Shown: positions 10,298 through 21,603, counted from the first letter of the stretch. The stretch: 29,433 nucleotides of DNA from Octopus sinensis (GCF_006345805.1 NW_021832939.1:1-29433); one strand, 5' to 3'. Notes: a model not told the origin generated them from the sequence alone. Made by a program: numbers and translations.

Positions 10298-11049
10298 CGT
10301 TCTATAAAATAAATATATATATAGATATATATATATATATATATATCAAACCGTTCATATACTTTTAACGTCTCATTCTTTTCTTTAATAACAAATTAAT
10401 TTTGACATCCGGCTGTTCAGAACAACAGCAAATAGACTGATCTTTTAATATAGCATCTTTGTTAACAATAGCATAGAGACTACAGTTAGAATTCAGCACT
10501 TGTTCGCCATACCGAAAATACGCCGAACAGACGTTTTGGTTAAAAATTTGAGATTTGTTAAAACACTACATATTTCTGAACAATAATATAAAGTCTATTT
10601 ATAACAGCCAACAAATTATGAATATAATAATATATCAAACAATGCTAGAAATCACGTGGATTCAATTCTGCACATGTAAATTTTCTTAAAGCTTACATAT
10701 TGTAAAGAATATCGCTTAGAAAATAACGCTAAATTATTGAATTCGAAAACAAAATCTGTTTTTGTTAGAAATATGTATATGATATACAAAATCAATTAAT
10801 GTTAAAACAATTTATAAGTTATTCATAACACCTGTCACTCGGTGAAAGATTACATGCGCAGAATTTATAACAAATAAATTCGGTTTTATGTAATAATATC
10901 TTCATTAATGCTGATAGGTGTATATAGCAAATGCCACTTTGAGAATGAACACAGATGTCGCCCGATAATCAGCGCTGCTAACAACAATACATGGAAATAT
11001 ATGAGTACCGACCTGTTGTTTAAAATAGCATGAAGCTTAAGTAAGTTGG

Positions 11050-11094
<45 letters not shown>

Positions 11095-11115
11095 CTCTCT
11101 CCCTATATATATATA

Positions 11116-11256
11116 TTAGGTTGTCCCAAAAGTTCGTAAACACTTGCGAAAATTGAATTTTTACTCGCCAAGTACTAACAAAAACAACAAAAATTATTCC
11201 TCAAAATAAAGACCATTATTTTCCAAGACTTTCTACAAACTTTTGGGACAACCTTA
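11116..11256. mobile_element. mariner-derived MITE (141 bp) in (TA)n
   Basis: 23-bp TIRs ttaggttgtcccaaaagttcgta / tacaaacttttgggacaacctta (21/23), TA flanks; TIR is 19/23 identical to the mariner TIR at 24162. Confidence 0.85.
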
Positions 11257-11305
11257 TATATATATATATATTATATATATATATATATATACATACATAC
11301 ATATG

Positions 11306-11336
<31 letters not shown>

Positions 11337-11784
11337 TGTGTGTGTATGCATGTATATATATATATATATGAAGGATTAAAATTACTCAAAGGACATACTA
11401 CCTGCTGGAAATAACAGTCAAAACTCTTATTTAAATCGCCAAAATACACGAAGTGTGATGGACTCATCGAGATCAGTTGCAGCATGATGCTTGGCACTTT
11501 CACTATGAATTTTCTTGGGAGCCATGAGAGCAAAAAGTATAAGACACAAATGAATGAGAATGAGAAAGTAGCCGATAAACAAACGTAAACAAATATGAAT
11601 TCAAAACAATCGTGGGAAGCGACAACAAGGCCTAAAGGTAGATATTGGAACTACAGCGCAATATAAGCTCCGAAAGACAACACAGCTGATTTCAGGATCT
11701 CGTTCACTAAGCTATACTACTTTATGGTGTGTATCTTAACATTTACTGTACGTATGTTAATATGATTTTATATGCTTTTTTACT

Positions 11785-12204
11785 GCTCTTTTTAGTCTTT
11801 TACTTGTTTCAGTCATTTGACTGTGGCCATGCTGGAGCACCGCCTTTAGTCGAGCAAATCGACCCCAGGACTTATTCTTTGGAAGCCTAGTACTTACTTT
11901 ATCAGTCTCTTTTGCCGAACCGCTAAGTTACAGTGGCGTAAACTCACCAGCATCGGTTGTCAAGCGATGTTGGGGGGACAAACGCAGACACACAAACATA
12001 TGCAAACATACACACACACACACACACATATATATATACATATATACGTCGGGCTTCTTTCAGTTTCCGTCTACCAAATCCACTCACAAGGCCTTGGTTG
12101 ACCCGAGGCTATAGTAGAAGACACTTGCCCAAGATGCCACGCAGTGGGACTGAACCTGGAACCATGTGGTTCGTAAACAAGCGACTTACCGCACAGCCAC
12201 TCCT
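11785..12204 (-). mobile_element. SINE-B, full length
   Basis: Reverse complement of 6478-6886, including the internal microsatellite. Confidence 0.9.
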
Positions 12205-12487
12205 ATGCTTTTATTCTTATTTATTGTACAGTAACATGATGTTACGCGCTTTTAACGCTTTTCTAGTGATTTTAGGATTCCAATATTTTTGGCGGACAGA
12301 CGTGAAATCGAGTAAAATAACTGAACTTGATTTTTAAGTTTTCCGTTTATTATTTTTGAAAACCGACGTATAATCGAGGAAAGCTTAATTCGAAACGGCT
12401 TAAGCCGAGGTATGCCTGTATTTTTGTATATGCATATATAGGTAGAGGCATACTTATGTAGAGACGCAACAGTCATATCTCTTTAAA

Positions 12488-12640
12488 GGCGCAGACATAG
12501 CTGTGTGGTTAAGAAACTCACCTCGCGAGCACGTTTAGTTCCACTGTGTGGCACCTGGGGTAGGTATCTTCTACTACATGCCCAGATTCATCAATGCCTG
12601 GTAAATGAATTTGTTCACATAAACTGTGTAGAGTCTTATT
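12488..12640 (+). mobile_element. Degenerate SINE-B head fragment
   Basis: gctgtgtggttaagaa..ccactgtgtggcac..tcttctacta resembles the 6478 head. Confidence 0.55.
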
Positions 12641-12712
12641 CTATGTATTCATATTTATGTATACATACATACATACATTCATGCATATATATATACATAT
12701 ATATATATACAA

Positions 12713-12943
12713 GGCGGCGAGCTGGCAGAAACGTTAGCACGCTTGACGAAATGCTTTGCGGTGTTTCGTCTGCCGCTGTGTTCTGAGTTCAAATTCCGCC
12801 GAGGTCGACTTTGCCTTTCATCCTCTCGGGGTCGATAAATTAAGTACCAGTTACGCACTGGGGTCGATGTTATCGACTTAATCCCTTTGTCTGTCCTTGT
12901 TTGTCCCCTCTGTGTTTAGCCCCTTATGGGTAGTAACGAAATA
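12713..12943 (+). mobile_element. SINE-C, full length
   Basis: A-box-like TGGCAGAAACGTTAG, B-box GAGTTCAAATTCC; matches the 9397 and 14233 copies. Confidence 0.9.
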
Positions 12944-13026
12944 TATATATACATACATATTTATATATATATATATATATACATACATACATGCATACAT
13001 ACATACATAATTATATATTGTCTTAG

Positions 13027-13103
13027 GTTGCCCCACCGATGAAGTACAGATGACAACTTAGTTTATTTGTTCATTAATAAAGAAACTCGTGTTTGGAATT
13101 AAC
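13027..13103 (+). ncRNA. Degenerate hammerhead-like motif
   Basis: CCGATGA (13036-13042, one change from CTGATGA); GAAA 13082-13085; near-palindromic ACTCGTGT; flanks gttgcccca / tggaattaac partly complementary. No 3' strand of helix II is evident. Confidence 0.35.
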
Positions 13104-13460
13104 TGTGAATAATTATTTTTTTCATTCTCTCTGGAATTACTTTCTTCGTGGTTTCGACTTGGCTGCTGTCGTCTCTAGCATGTAAGGCGTCTTGTAAAGG
13201 GTCGCCTCTTTTGTGTATAAATATTATACACTTTATATATGAAAATATGTAGTCTATTGAATATTATTACGCATGCTAGCCACCGGTATGAATTATTTCT
13301 AAATTTTCTACTCTTATAATTTTCACACTATACATATGTGTGTGTGTGTGTGTGTGTGGTGTGTGTGTGTGTGTGTGTGGTGTGTGTGTGTGTGTCTGTG
13401 TGTGAGTGTGTGTGTATGTGCGTATTTATACGAGTAGAATATCAACAGAAGTGAAATATA

Positions 13461-13545
13461 TTCTAGTATTGATTTGTTCGACTTGGCGCTTCAGGGTTAT
13501 GCCCCAGCTTGGCCGCAGTTTGAAGACTGATACAATTGAAAGCTA
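13461..13545 (+). mobile_element. Degenerate SINE-B tail fragment
   Basis: gatttgttcgact..ccagcttggccgcagtt..gactga resembles 6805-6856. Confidence 0.45.
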
Positions 13546-13668
13546 AAGATACATACAAGTCTGTATGAGTGTGTGTGCATGTATGCACACACACACAATA
13601 TTTATATATATATATATATATACATATATATGCATATATATATATATGTATACATATATATGTATATA

Positions 13669-13711
<43 letters not shown>

Positions 13712-14201
13712 TATACATATATATGTATACATATATATATGTGTGTGTTTGTCTATGAATACACACCAACAGGACATGAATTTAAATGATAAATGTATAT
13801 ATTGAATCGTAGACAGACATAGAAAGTGATTGATTTATAAATATGCAAATGTATTTTTATATACGCATAATATCAATAAATATACATCAAAAAGCCGTTT
13901 TTGTAAATGTGATTCCTGTTTCTCTTGTGTCTGTGTCCGTGAATATCAATGAACGCCTTTTATGGTTTAGACGTATTTTTTGGCAATTGTGTTTAATTCT
14001 GTTTTGATGAACTCACACTTGAGCTGTGTAGACATAGACAGAAACGTTGCGAGATCTGGAACGGACGGAGAGAGGGAAGCTACTGCTAGGAAGACCGCCG
14101 CCTTTGTCATACATTCGGATTCGCTGTCCGCTCTGTGGAATACGTTTGCGTACTATACATGGGTGTAGAATTCTCAATCATTTAATACAAGGCATATAGC
14201 T

Positions 14202-14694
14202 GGAGGCACCTGGCTTAGTGGTTAGAGTAATATAATTCTTTACTACCCACAAGGGCCTAAACACAGAGGGTACAAACAAGGACAGACAAACGGATTAAGT
14301 CGATTACATCGACCCCAGTGCGTAACTGGTACTTAATTTATCGATCCCAAAAGGTTGAAAGGCAAAGTCGACCTCGGCGGAATTTGAACTCGGAACGTAA
14401 CGGCAGACAAAATACGGCTATGCATTTCGCCCGGCATGCTAACGTTTCTGCCAACTCGCCGTGGTTAGAGTAATAGACTCATGATCGTAAGGGCGTGTGT
14501 TCGATTCCCGGCAGTACAGTGTATCCTTGGTTAAGGCACTTTATATTACGATGCTCTAGTCTACCCAGTTGACAAAAATGTGTAGTGCCTCTAATTCGAG
14601 TTTTCAGCCTTGTCAAATTTTCTGTCATGAAAACTACGTTCAGTGTACGCGTGTCTGTGGAGTGCTCAGCCATTTTCAAGTTAATTTCACGACG
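14202..14694 (+). mobile_element. Old SINE (D-like head/core, A-like tail) interrupted by a SINE-C insertion
   Basis: GGAGGCACCTGGCTTAGTGG.. resumes at 14461; B-box GTTCGATTCCC; 3' part aactacgtt..gtgtctgtggagtgctcagcca..gttaatttcacga matches SINE-A at 5636-5697. Confidence 0.7.
14233..14460 (-). mobile_element. SINE-C nested in the A-box of another SINE
   Basis: Perfect 15-bp TSD gtggttagagtaata at 14218-14232 and 14461-14475. Confidence 0.92.
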
Positions 14695-14924
14695 CTACCA
14701 AGGAATATAGAGTTTAGCTGAGAAGACAAACTTCAATACTGATGTCGAAGAGACGATGACTACATTTACTGTGTTGCTTTTTTATAAACATGTCGAATCA
14801 TTTATCTATTAATACAATAGTAGATGCAAGCCAGCATTGTGCGTAAATCAAAAAGGATATTTCGGATCTATACTTGACACGTAAGGGATTTCGTCCGAGA
14901 TCGTGTGTCGATACCAAAGACAAA

Positions 14925-15180
14925 AACGATATTGTTTTTATTCCGAACATTCCGTTGACCCGCAAAAGACTGCCCTGCCCTATACAGGGACTTCAGTTCC
15001 CTTTCAAACTCAGCTTTGCCATGATAATTAACGAAACATACGGTCAGTCGCTGAAAGTTGTCATGATCTTCACATGGACAGTTCTACGTCAGTTGTTCCA
15101 AATATGGCCATCCAGACAACTTATTTATCTATACTCCTGAACGAAAAACCAAAAATGTCGTCTACAAAACAACACTACAG
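14925..15180 (+). mobile_element. Helitron RepHel fragment (PIF1-type helicase C-terminus), degenerate
   Basis: One frame reads NDIVFIPNIPL..GLQFPFKLSFAMIINETYGQSLKVV; after a deletion/frameshift the +1 frame reads SHGQFYVSCSKYGHPDNLFIYTPERKTKNVVYKTTL. These match the Helitron helicase motifs FAMTINKSQGQS and HGQLYVA.SR..TKNIVY. Confidence 0.85.
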
Positions 15181-15787
15181 TTATTATTCCTCTGCTGCAA
15201 TCTTCACATTTAAAGCCGAACTGTAGACGTTAGAAATCAAACTTCCTACAAGAGTTTCCTTGATATTTTGCTTCATTTCCTTGATTGCTGTTAACAGTAC
15301 ATTACTTTCAACGACCTTTCTCAATTCACACACGCTGTTCGCTCATAAGTATGCTCTGACATGCATTTTTATGCACATGCCATTATTTTATTTATGTGTT
15401 GCTATAAGTGTTAGATTTTCTTTATCACACATGACAGTCATTGAAAAAAAAAAGCTTCAATGTGGTTGTGTCAGGCATTACGAGAAAAATATCTACATGA
15501 TATAAAACGCTTCAGGTAAAAGGTAGGATTCCTAATGCCTACTGCTATTGTGATCTCATTTCATGGAATTTCATTTATTACCAGCTGCCAACTTTGTATT
15601 CGAAAAAAATCCATTCATTACCTAAGTTTCTTAATACCATGTCAAGCTGCTAATGACAATGGTAATTATACCTTTTTATGTTTATCACCTTAAAATGACT
15701 TCTAACTACGAGGTAAACACTTGAACTGTCCACAGGAATGTACCATTATAATAATAAATTACACCGTCTAAATGACGAGTGTATTTG

Positions 15788-15790
<3 letters not shown>

Positions 15791-15821
<31 letters not shown>

Positions 15822-16020
15822 ATAATATATATACATATGTATATATATATATTATTATATATATTAATATATATATATATATATATAATATACTACATAT
15901 ATATGTATATGTATATATATAATATACTACTACAAATATATGTAATGTGTATATATATATTATACTACATATATATGTATAGTATATATATAATATACTA
16001 CAAATATATGTATATGTATA
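15791..16020. repeat. (AT)n-rich tract
   Basis: Directly visible. Confidence 0.9.
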
Positions 16021-16364
16021 TAAAGGTAAAGACCCCCTTCGGTCAAGAGTGACTATGGGTTTGCACCTAGAGAGTTACCCTCTGAGGCACAAGTCTGGGC
16101 AAGGTTTTTTTATGGAAGACCAGCAGTCGCCCATGCATACCGGCCTCCCCTCTCCACGCCACCAGTGTTATCCAAGGGAAAGACAAAGGTCGATACAGCT
16201 TGGCACCTGTGACGTCGCAACTCATTTCTACAGCTGAGTGAACTGGAACAACGTGAAATAAAGTGTCTTGCTCAAGAACACAACACGCAGCCCGGTCCGG
16301 GATTCGAGCTCACAACCTCACGATCGTAAGCTCGACGCTCTAACCACTGAGCCATGCGCCTTCA
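16021..16364 (-). mobile_element. SINE with D-type head/core and a long distinct tail (ends TAAAGGTAAAGACCCC on the plus strand)
   Basis: Minus-strand A-box TGGCTCAGTGG and B-box GCTCGAATCCC; core cagctgagt.gactggaacaacgtgaaat..gctcaagaacacaac shared with 7580-7640; a partial tail copy lies at 18857-19020. Confidence 0.85.
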
Positions 16365-16474
16365 TGTATATATATGATATACTATATATATATGTATATG
16401 TATATATATATACATACATATATATATATATATATAATATACTACATATATCGATGCATATGTATATATATATA

Positions 16475-16517
<43 letters not shown>

Positions 16518-17632
16518 CATATATACGTCACAAAAACACGTATGGAGAAAATCACATCTTCAATTATATAATTCGCCTCGCAAAACTGGCAGATGTTTCT
16601 ATTGTGTAACATATTTAGATTCGGAAAATGTCATTTGAATTAATATTTACATGTTATCATAACATTTTCAACGTGTCCCAAAACTAATTCAATTCAAACT
16701 GTACAGGAATACACACACATACCTGCGTATGTTGATATGAATGCGCGCGCACACACGCACGCATATATATATATACATATATACATACTTACGTACAGAG
16801 TTCCAAATGTGAAATAGTCTGTGTTAATCACATCCCAAAAGATGGAGCCTTGTATCGTTGTTGGAAACAGGTTCCCTCCTCAGTGGTAGATTTAGAATAA
16901 TTTTAAAAAAAATAAAAGCGGCATACGATACACATACATACATGCACACATACATACATATTTATATCTAGGTATGTGCGTGTGTGTATGAATAACATTT
17001 GAAATGATTTGTGTATAGTTTGAAGTTTCGTGGACACGTCGGACGGATCCTCAACCGGTATTGGATGAGATGGCTCCGTCCTACGCACCACCGAAAGCTC
17101 AAGTTATATGTAACTGAGTCAAGCTATTACTAAAAATATTACTAAACATATTAAGCGATATATGCTTTCGTTTGCCCACCCACTAGTATACACACACTCA
17201 CACACACGTACACATGGACACACATACACACACACATGTATATATATATATATACAGACCCGATTGAGTGTGTGTGTGTGTGTGTTTGTGTGCAAGGGTG
17301 GTGGTGTATGGCGCGGTATATACGTGTTTGTGTGTATCGAAACTTCATCTTTCATAAGTTCCCTGTGTCTCAATCACGCTTGCCGGCCAATGGCTGATAT
17401 CTCTACAATCACGATCACATCAGAGACCCTACAGTTGCCTCTTATCGTAGTTGCATCCGTAGGAGTTCCACTCATTTCGTCAGTATTTATGAGTAAATAC
17501 ACACACACACTCATACACACACAGGCACACACACACACACATATATATATATAATATATAATTATGTATGTGTATATATATAGACATATGTGCATGCATA
17601 CATATATATATATGTATATATAAATACGTGTT

Positions 17633-17663
<31 letters not shown>

Positions 17664-17677
17664 TTATATATATATAT

Positions 17678-17809
<132 letters not shown>

Positions 17810-17950
17810 GCACTGGTGCGTGTGTGTCTGCCTGTGTAGGAAAGGATAAGTGAATCATTACTCAGAAATAAATTACGTACGTCATAAAAAACAAAACATG
17901 ACGTAGCAATAGTTTTTCGATTGAAATTACCCTCTTCAAATTATTTCCAG

Positions 17951-18040
17951 TTGATGTCTTAAAAAGTATTCGCGTTTGTATGCTATTATTTTTTCTCCTT
18001 ACAATTAACTACCGAACTGATGAATTTTATTTTGATACAG
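17951..18040 (+). other. Candidate 90-bp phase-1/1 exon (unverified)
   Basis: ttatttccag| acceptor, ACAG|GTATGT donor, open frame xDVLKSIRVCMLLFFLLTINYRTDEFYFDTx; no homology recognised. Confidence 0.25.
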
Positions 18041-18412
18041 GTATGTGTGTGTGCGTGTGTGTGCGTGTGTGTTTGTGTGTATGTGTGTGTGTTTGTGTTG
18101 TGTCATCTACGTGGAAAGAAGGTAGGGATTGTTGTGCTGTTTGTCGAAGGCGTGGCTGTTTGGTAAGAATCGAGCAAGGAAGACTCCTAACGGGTGTTTC
18201 TGATAGGACCCTAGGGATTCTACTCCCGCGACAGGCAGGTGAACCCTAGAGCTATGGCAGACCGAGAAGCTTGGATAATACCCTTGCTCTTAGTTGGTCG
18301 TTCCTCTGGCTCGAGTCAGAAAGTTTATTTATCGTCGATTGCTTTTTTTTTTTGTAGTACTCTATGAAGGAGGTGCTTTGGGAGCTCTACCCGTGAGAGA
18401 AAGAAGGGAGAA

Positions 18413-18853
18413 GATGGATGGATGGACGGATGGATGGACGGACGGACGAACGGACGGACGGACGGATGGATGGATGGATGGACGGACGGACGAACGGACG
18501 GACGAACGGATGGATGGATGGATGGATGGATGGATGGAGGGTTGGATGGATGGATGAATGGATGGAGGGTTGGATGGAGGGATGGATGGATGGATGGATG
18601 GATGGATGGATGGATGGATGGATGGATGGATGGATGGATGGAGGGTTGGATGGAGGGATGGATGGATGGATGGATGGATGGAGGGTTGGATGGATGGATG
18701 GATGGATGGACGGACGCACGGACGGATGGATGGATGGATGGATGGATGGATGGACTGAAGGATGAATGGACGAATGGACGGACGAATGGATGGGTTGATG
18801 GATGGAGTAATAGATGGCTGGATGGAGGGAGGGTTGAATGGAGGGATGGATGG
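18413..18853. repeat. (GGAT)n tetranucleotide array with GGAC and GGAGGGTT variants
   Basis: Directly visible; source of the MDGW/HPSI spurious ORFs. Confidence 0.97.
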
Positions 18854-18856
18854 CAG

Positions 18857-19131
18857 TAGACCCATTCCTTTTGGTCATGAATGACCATGGGATTGCACCT
18901 AGAAAGTTACCCACTGAAACACAAATCCAGGCAAGGTTGTTTATGGAAGACCAGCAATCATATTATCCAAAGGAAAGGCAAAGGGACCGATACAGCTTGG
19001 CACTGTTGACGACATTGCAAGGATGAACGGAGGAAAGGCAAAGACGACCTTGGCGGAATTTGAACTTAGGACGAATAGTCAGACGAGTTACCATTTCACC
19101 CGGCTTGCTAACGTTTCTGCCAGATTACCGC
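18857..19131 (-). mobile_element. Two abutting degenerate SINE fragments (tail of the 16021 type, then 5' half of SINE-C)
   Basis: 18857-19020 matches 16030-16215; 19031-19131 matches the reverse complement of the SINE-C head. Confidence 0.7.
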
Positions 19132-20012
19132 TTTTTGTTCAGATTTGGACAATTGACAACGCTTGAACAAACTTAAAGTCCCACCTGCATTTAAGGAAGA
19201 TTTATATTTCATAGACGAAAATTTATATTCAATGCAGGTGAAAAATGGACAAAACTTACAATATGAAGGACTGACAGACGAAAGCATTCTCTTTGCGAAT
19301 CATGCCAGAAATATTTTGCTATATTGCCAAAACTATTTTAACTCTTTAAGAATCGTTTCCGTTTGTAATTTCGCAAACATGTCTCCGATTCCCAAACCTG
19401 TTGTTGTCCGGAATATTTGGGAAATAAAGGACAAATTTGATGGACAGCAAATAGAAAAAAAGAAATAAAATGGCTTTCTTTCGTAGTTAAGTTATATCGC
19501 ACATATTAATCCCATTCAGCCATATTCAGAATGTTATAAATGGTTATGACTCGCACGCATGAGCACATAATACTATTAGTGTATCGAGCAATACAATAAT
19601 GACCGCTGTCATTATGCGCTTCCTCACTTTAATGTAGCTTTCGGATAACTCTGTCTTTCTTTGTTTTAAAACATTTCCTTGTGTTCCTTTCTATTGAAGA
19701 GAATAGGCGCGAAACGTAAAAGATTTTCTCACATTGCCGAGCTTCAAACTAATACACCTGCTTGTTATTTACACACTTCTTTTGGTGTGTAAATTTATAC
19801 ACGTCTTTTTTGTTCTTTAGTAAATTTCAACTATGTATGTCTATAGTGGTGGCCTGTTGCCAACTTAATGTGGTAGACCCAGGAAAGGGAAGAATGCTAC
19901 TGTTATTTAGCCCCAAGAAACACCGTTTCCAGTTGGCTACGCGACGAGAGCATTTTGAGTCCTTAAGTTTTCAAACAAGGGAGATACGCACCTCCACCCA
20001 ACAAAGCCAGTA

Positions 20013-20055
20013 TCCAGAGACTAGTCCCAGAGTAACTATCCTTCATCAGTACGGA
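20013..20055 (-). ncRNA. Degenerate type I hammerhead motif (Penelope-like element relic)
   Basis: Minus strand reads UCCGUA-CUGAUGA-AGG..UCU-GGGA(for GAAA)-CUAG-UC-UCUGGA: palindromic ACUAGU helix III, GUC triplet, helix I 5/6 paired. Confidence 0.55.
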
Positions 20056-20160
20056 GTAGCTTGGTCTTGCTAGATGTCGCTGCTAAACCGTTATTGAAAA
20101 TTTATAGAATTTTAAGTGAAATTAAATCGCTTAAGGACACAGAACGGTGCTTCTTGTATA

Positions 20161-20756
<596 letters not shown>

Positions 20757-20922
20757 AGTTTCTTTATTGGCCACACAGGGCTGCACACAGATGGGACAAG
20801 TTACAAGGTAGAGCTTTTCTTTTGGGGGATGAAGAGAACAAAAAACAAAAGAAAAAAAAAATGGGGTGGCGTAGGTTTTCGATCAAGAGGGATCGTAAAA
20901 GGGAAGAAAAAAAAAAAAGAAA

Positions 20923-20954
<32 letters not shown>

Positions 20955-21110
20955 GCAGACAGACAGACACGGACAGATAGATAGACGGATAGTTATGGTT
21001 TTGCATATAAATATATGCAAATTGCTATACATATTTTGATATATTCATAAATTTCCATCATTTTCCTTTCGCAGTTAATCCTTCCTTCGTTCAGTTAATA
21101 TTCGCAACAA

Positions 21111-21124
21111 GTTCCCATGGAAAC
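21111..21124. promoter_or_regulatory. RFX X-box motif GTTCCCATGGAAAC
   Basis: Exact match to the strict consensus GTTNCCATGGNAAC, in otherwise unique AT-rich sequence. Confidence 0.4.
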
Positions 21125-21387
21125 CGATGAACTTTTCAACCGAATTTATTTATGCTAAAAAATCATTTTTCGTTAGAAATCCACATGTAAGATTTTATAA
21201 TTAAATATAGTTGAATGCTTGCAACATGTTATCATCGGTATTCTACGCTTGTAAAAGTCCATGCCGTGAATAAAATATTGCATCCAAAAATGTTTTTGAA
21301 AATGTTGCTTCTTTAATCTATGCGGTTATTTGAAACCGAAAAAAAAAATCACCATCAATCAGTCTTGAAATTTGCATCATTAATCTT

Positions 21388-21603
21388 TACTCTTTGAATT
21401 GCTTTGAGTGGTTGGATGCCGTCTATGCTGGAGCATCGACTTGGAGGTTCTAGTCGAAACAATTGACCGCAGTCTTTGATTGGTTAATCCCGTTACTTAT
21501 CCTATCATTCGCTCATTGCCAACGCTCGAAGTTAGGAGGATGTAAACAAACCAGCACCACCATTTGCGAAGCTGGAGTAGGGAACAAATGCAAAGACACA
21601 CTC
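21388..21603 (-). mobile_element. Degenerate SINE-B tail
   Basis: atgctggagcatcgac..tagtcgaaacaattgacc..gtaaacaaaccagcacc resembles 11830-11955. Confidence 0.6.

Larger units (their letters stand above)
10080..10314 (-). mobile_element. Penelope-like element terminal-repeat fragment with an inverted duplication, flanked by (TA)n
   Basis: 82/81-bp inverted arms 10147-10228 and 10234-10314, each with a hammerhead motif; (TA)n on both sides. PLE identity is inferred from the hammerhead plus inverted partial repeat; no RT or GIY-YIG ORF is present. Confidence 0.6.

Noticed and set aside
10365-10565. 66-codon stop-free minus-strand frame (CFNKSQ..KKRMRR)
   Set aside because: No start, weak acceptor, no recognisable family; plausible by chance.
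12392-12407. GAAA followed by the 12-bp palindrome CGGCTTAAGCCG
   Set aside because: No CTGANGA upstream and no UH site after the helix.
17455-17490. Minus-strand CTGACGA..GGAAC
   Set aside because: GAAA incomplete and helices not supported.
18018-18024. CTGATGA as a hammerhead core (also the minus-strand one at 8224-8230)
   Set aside because: No helix II or GAAA at a usable distance.
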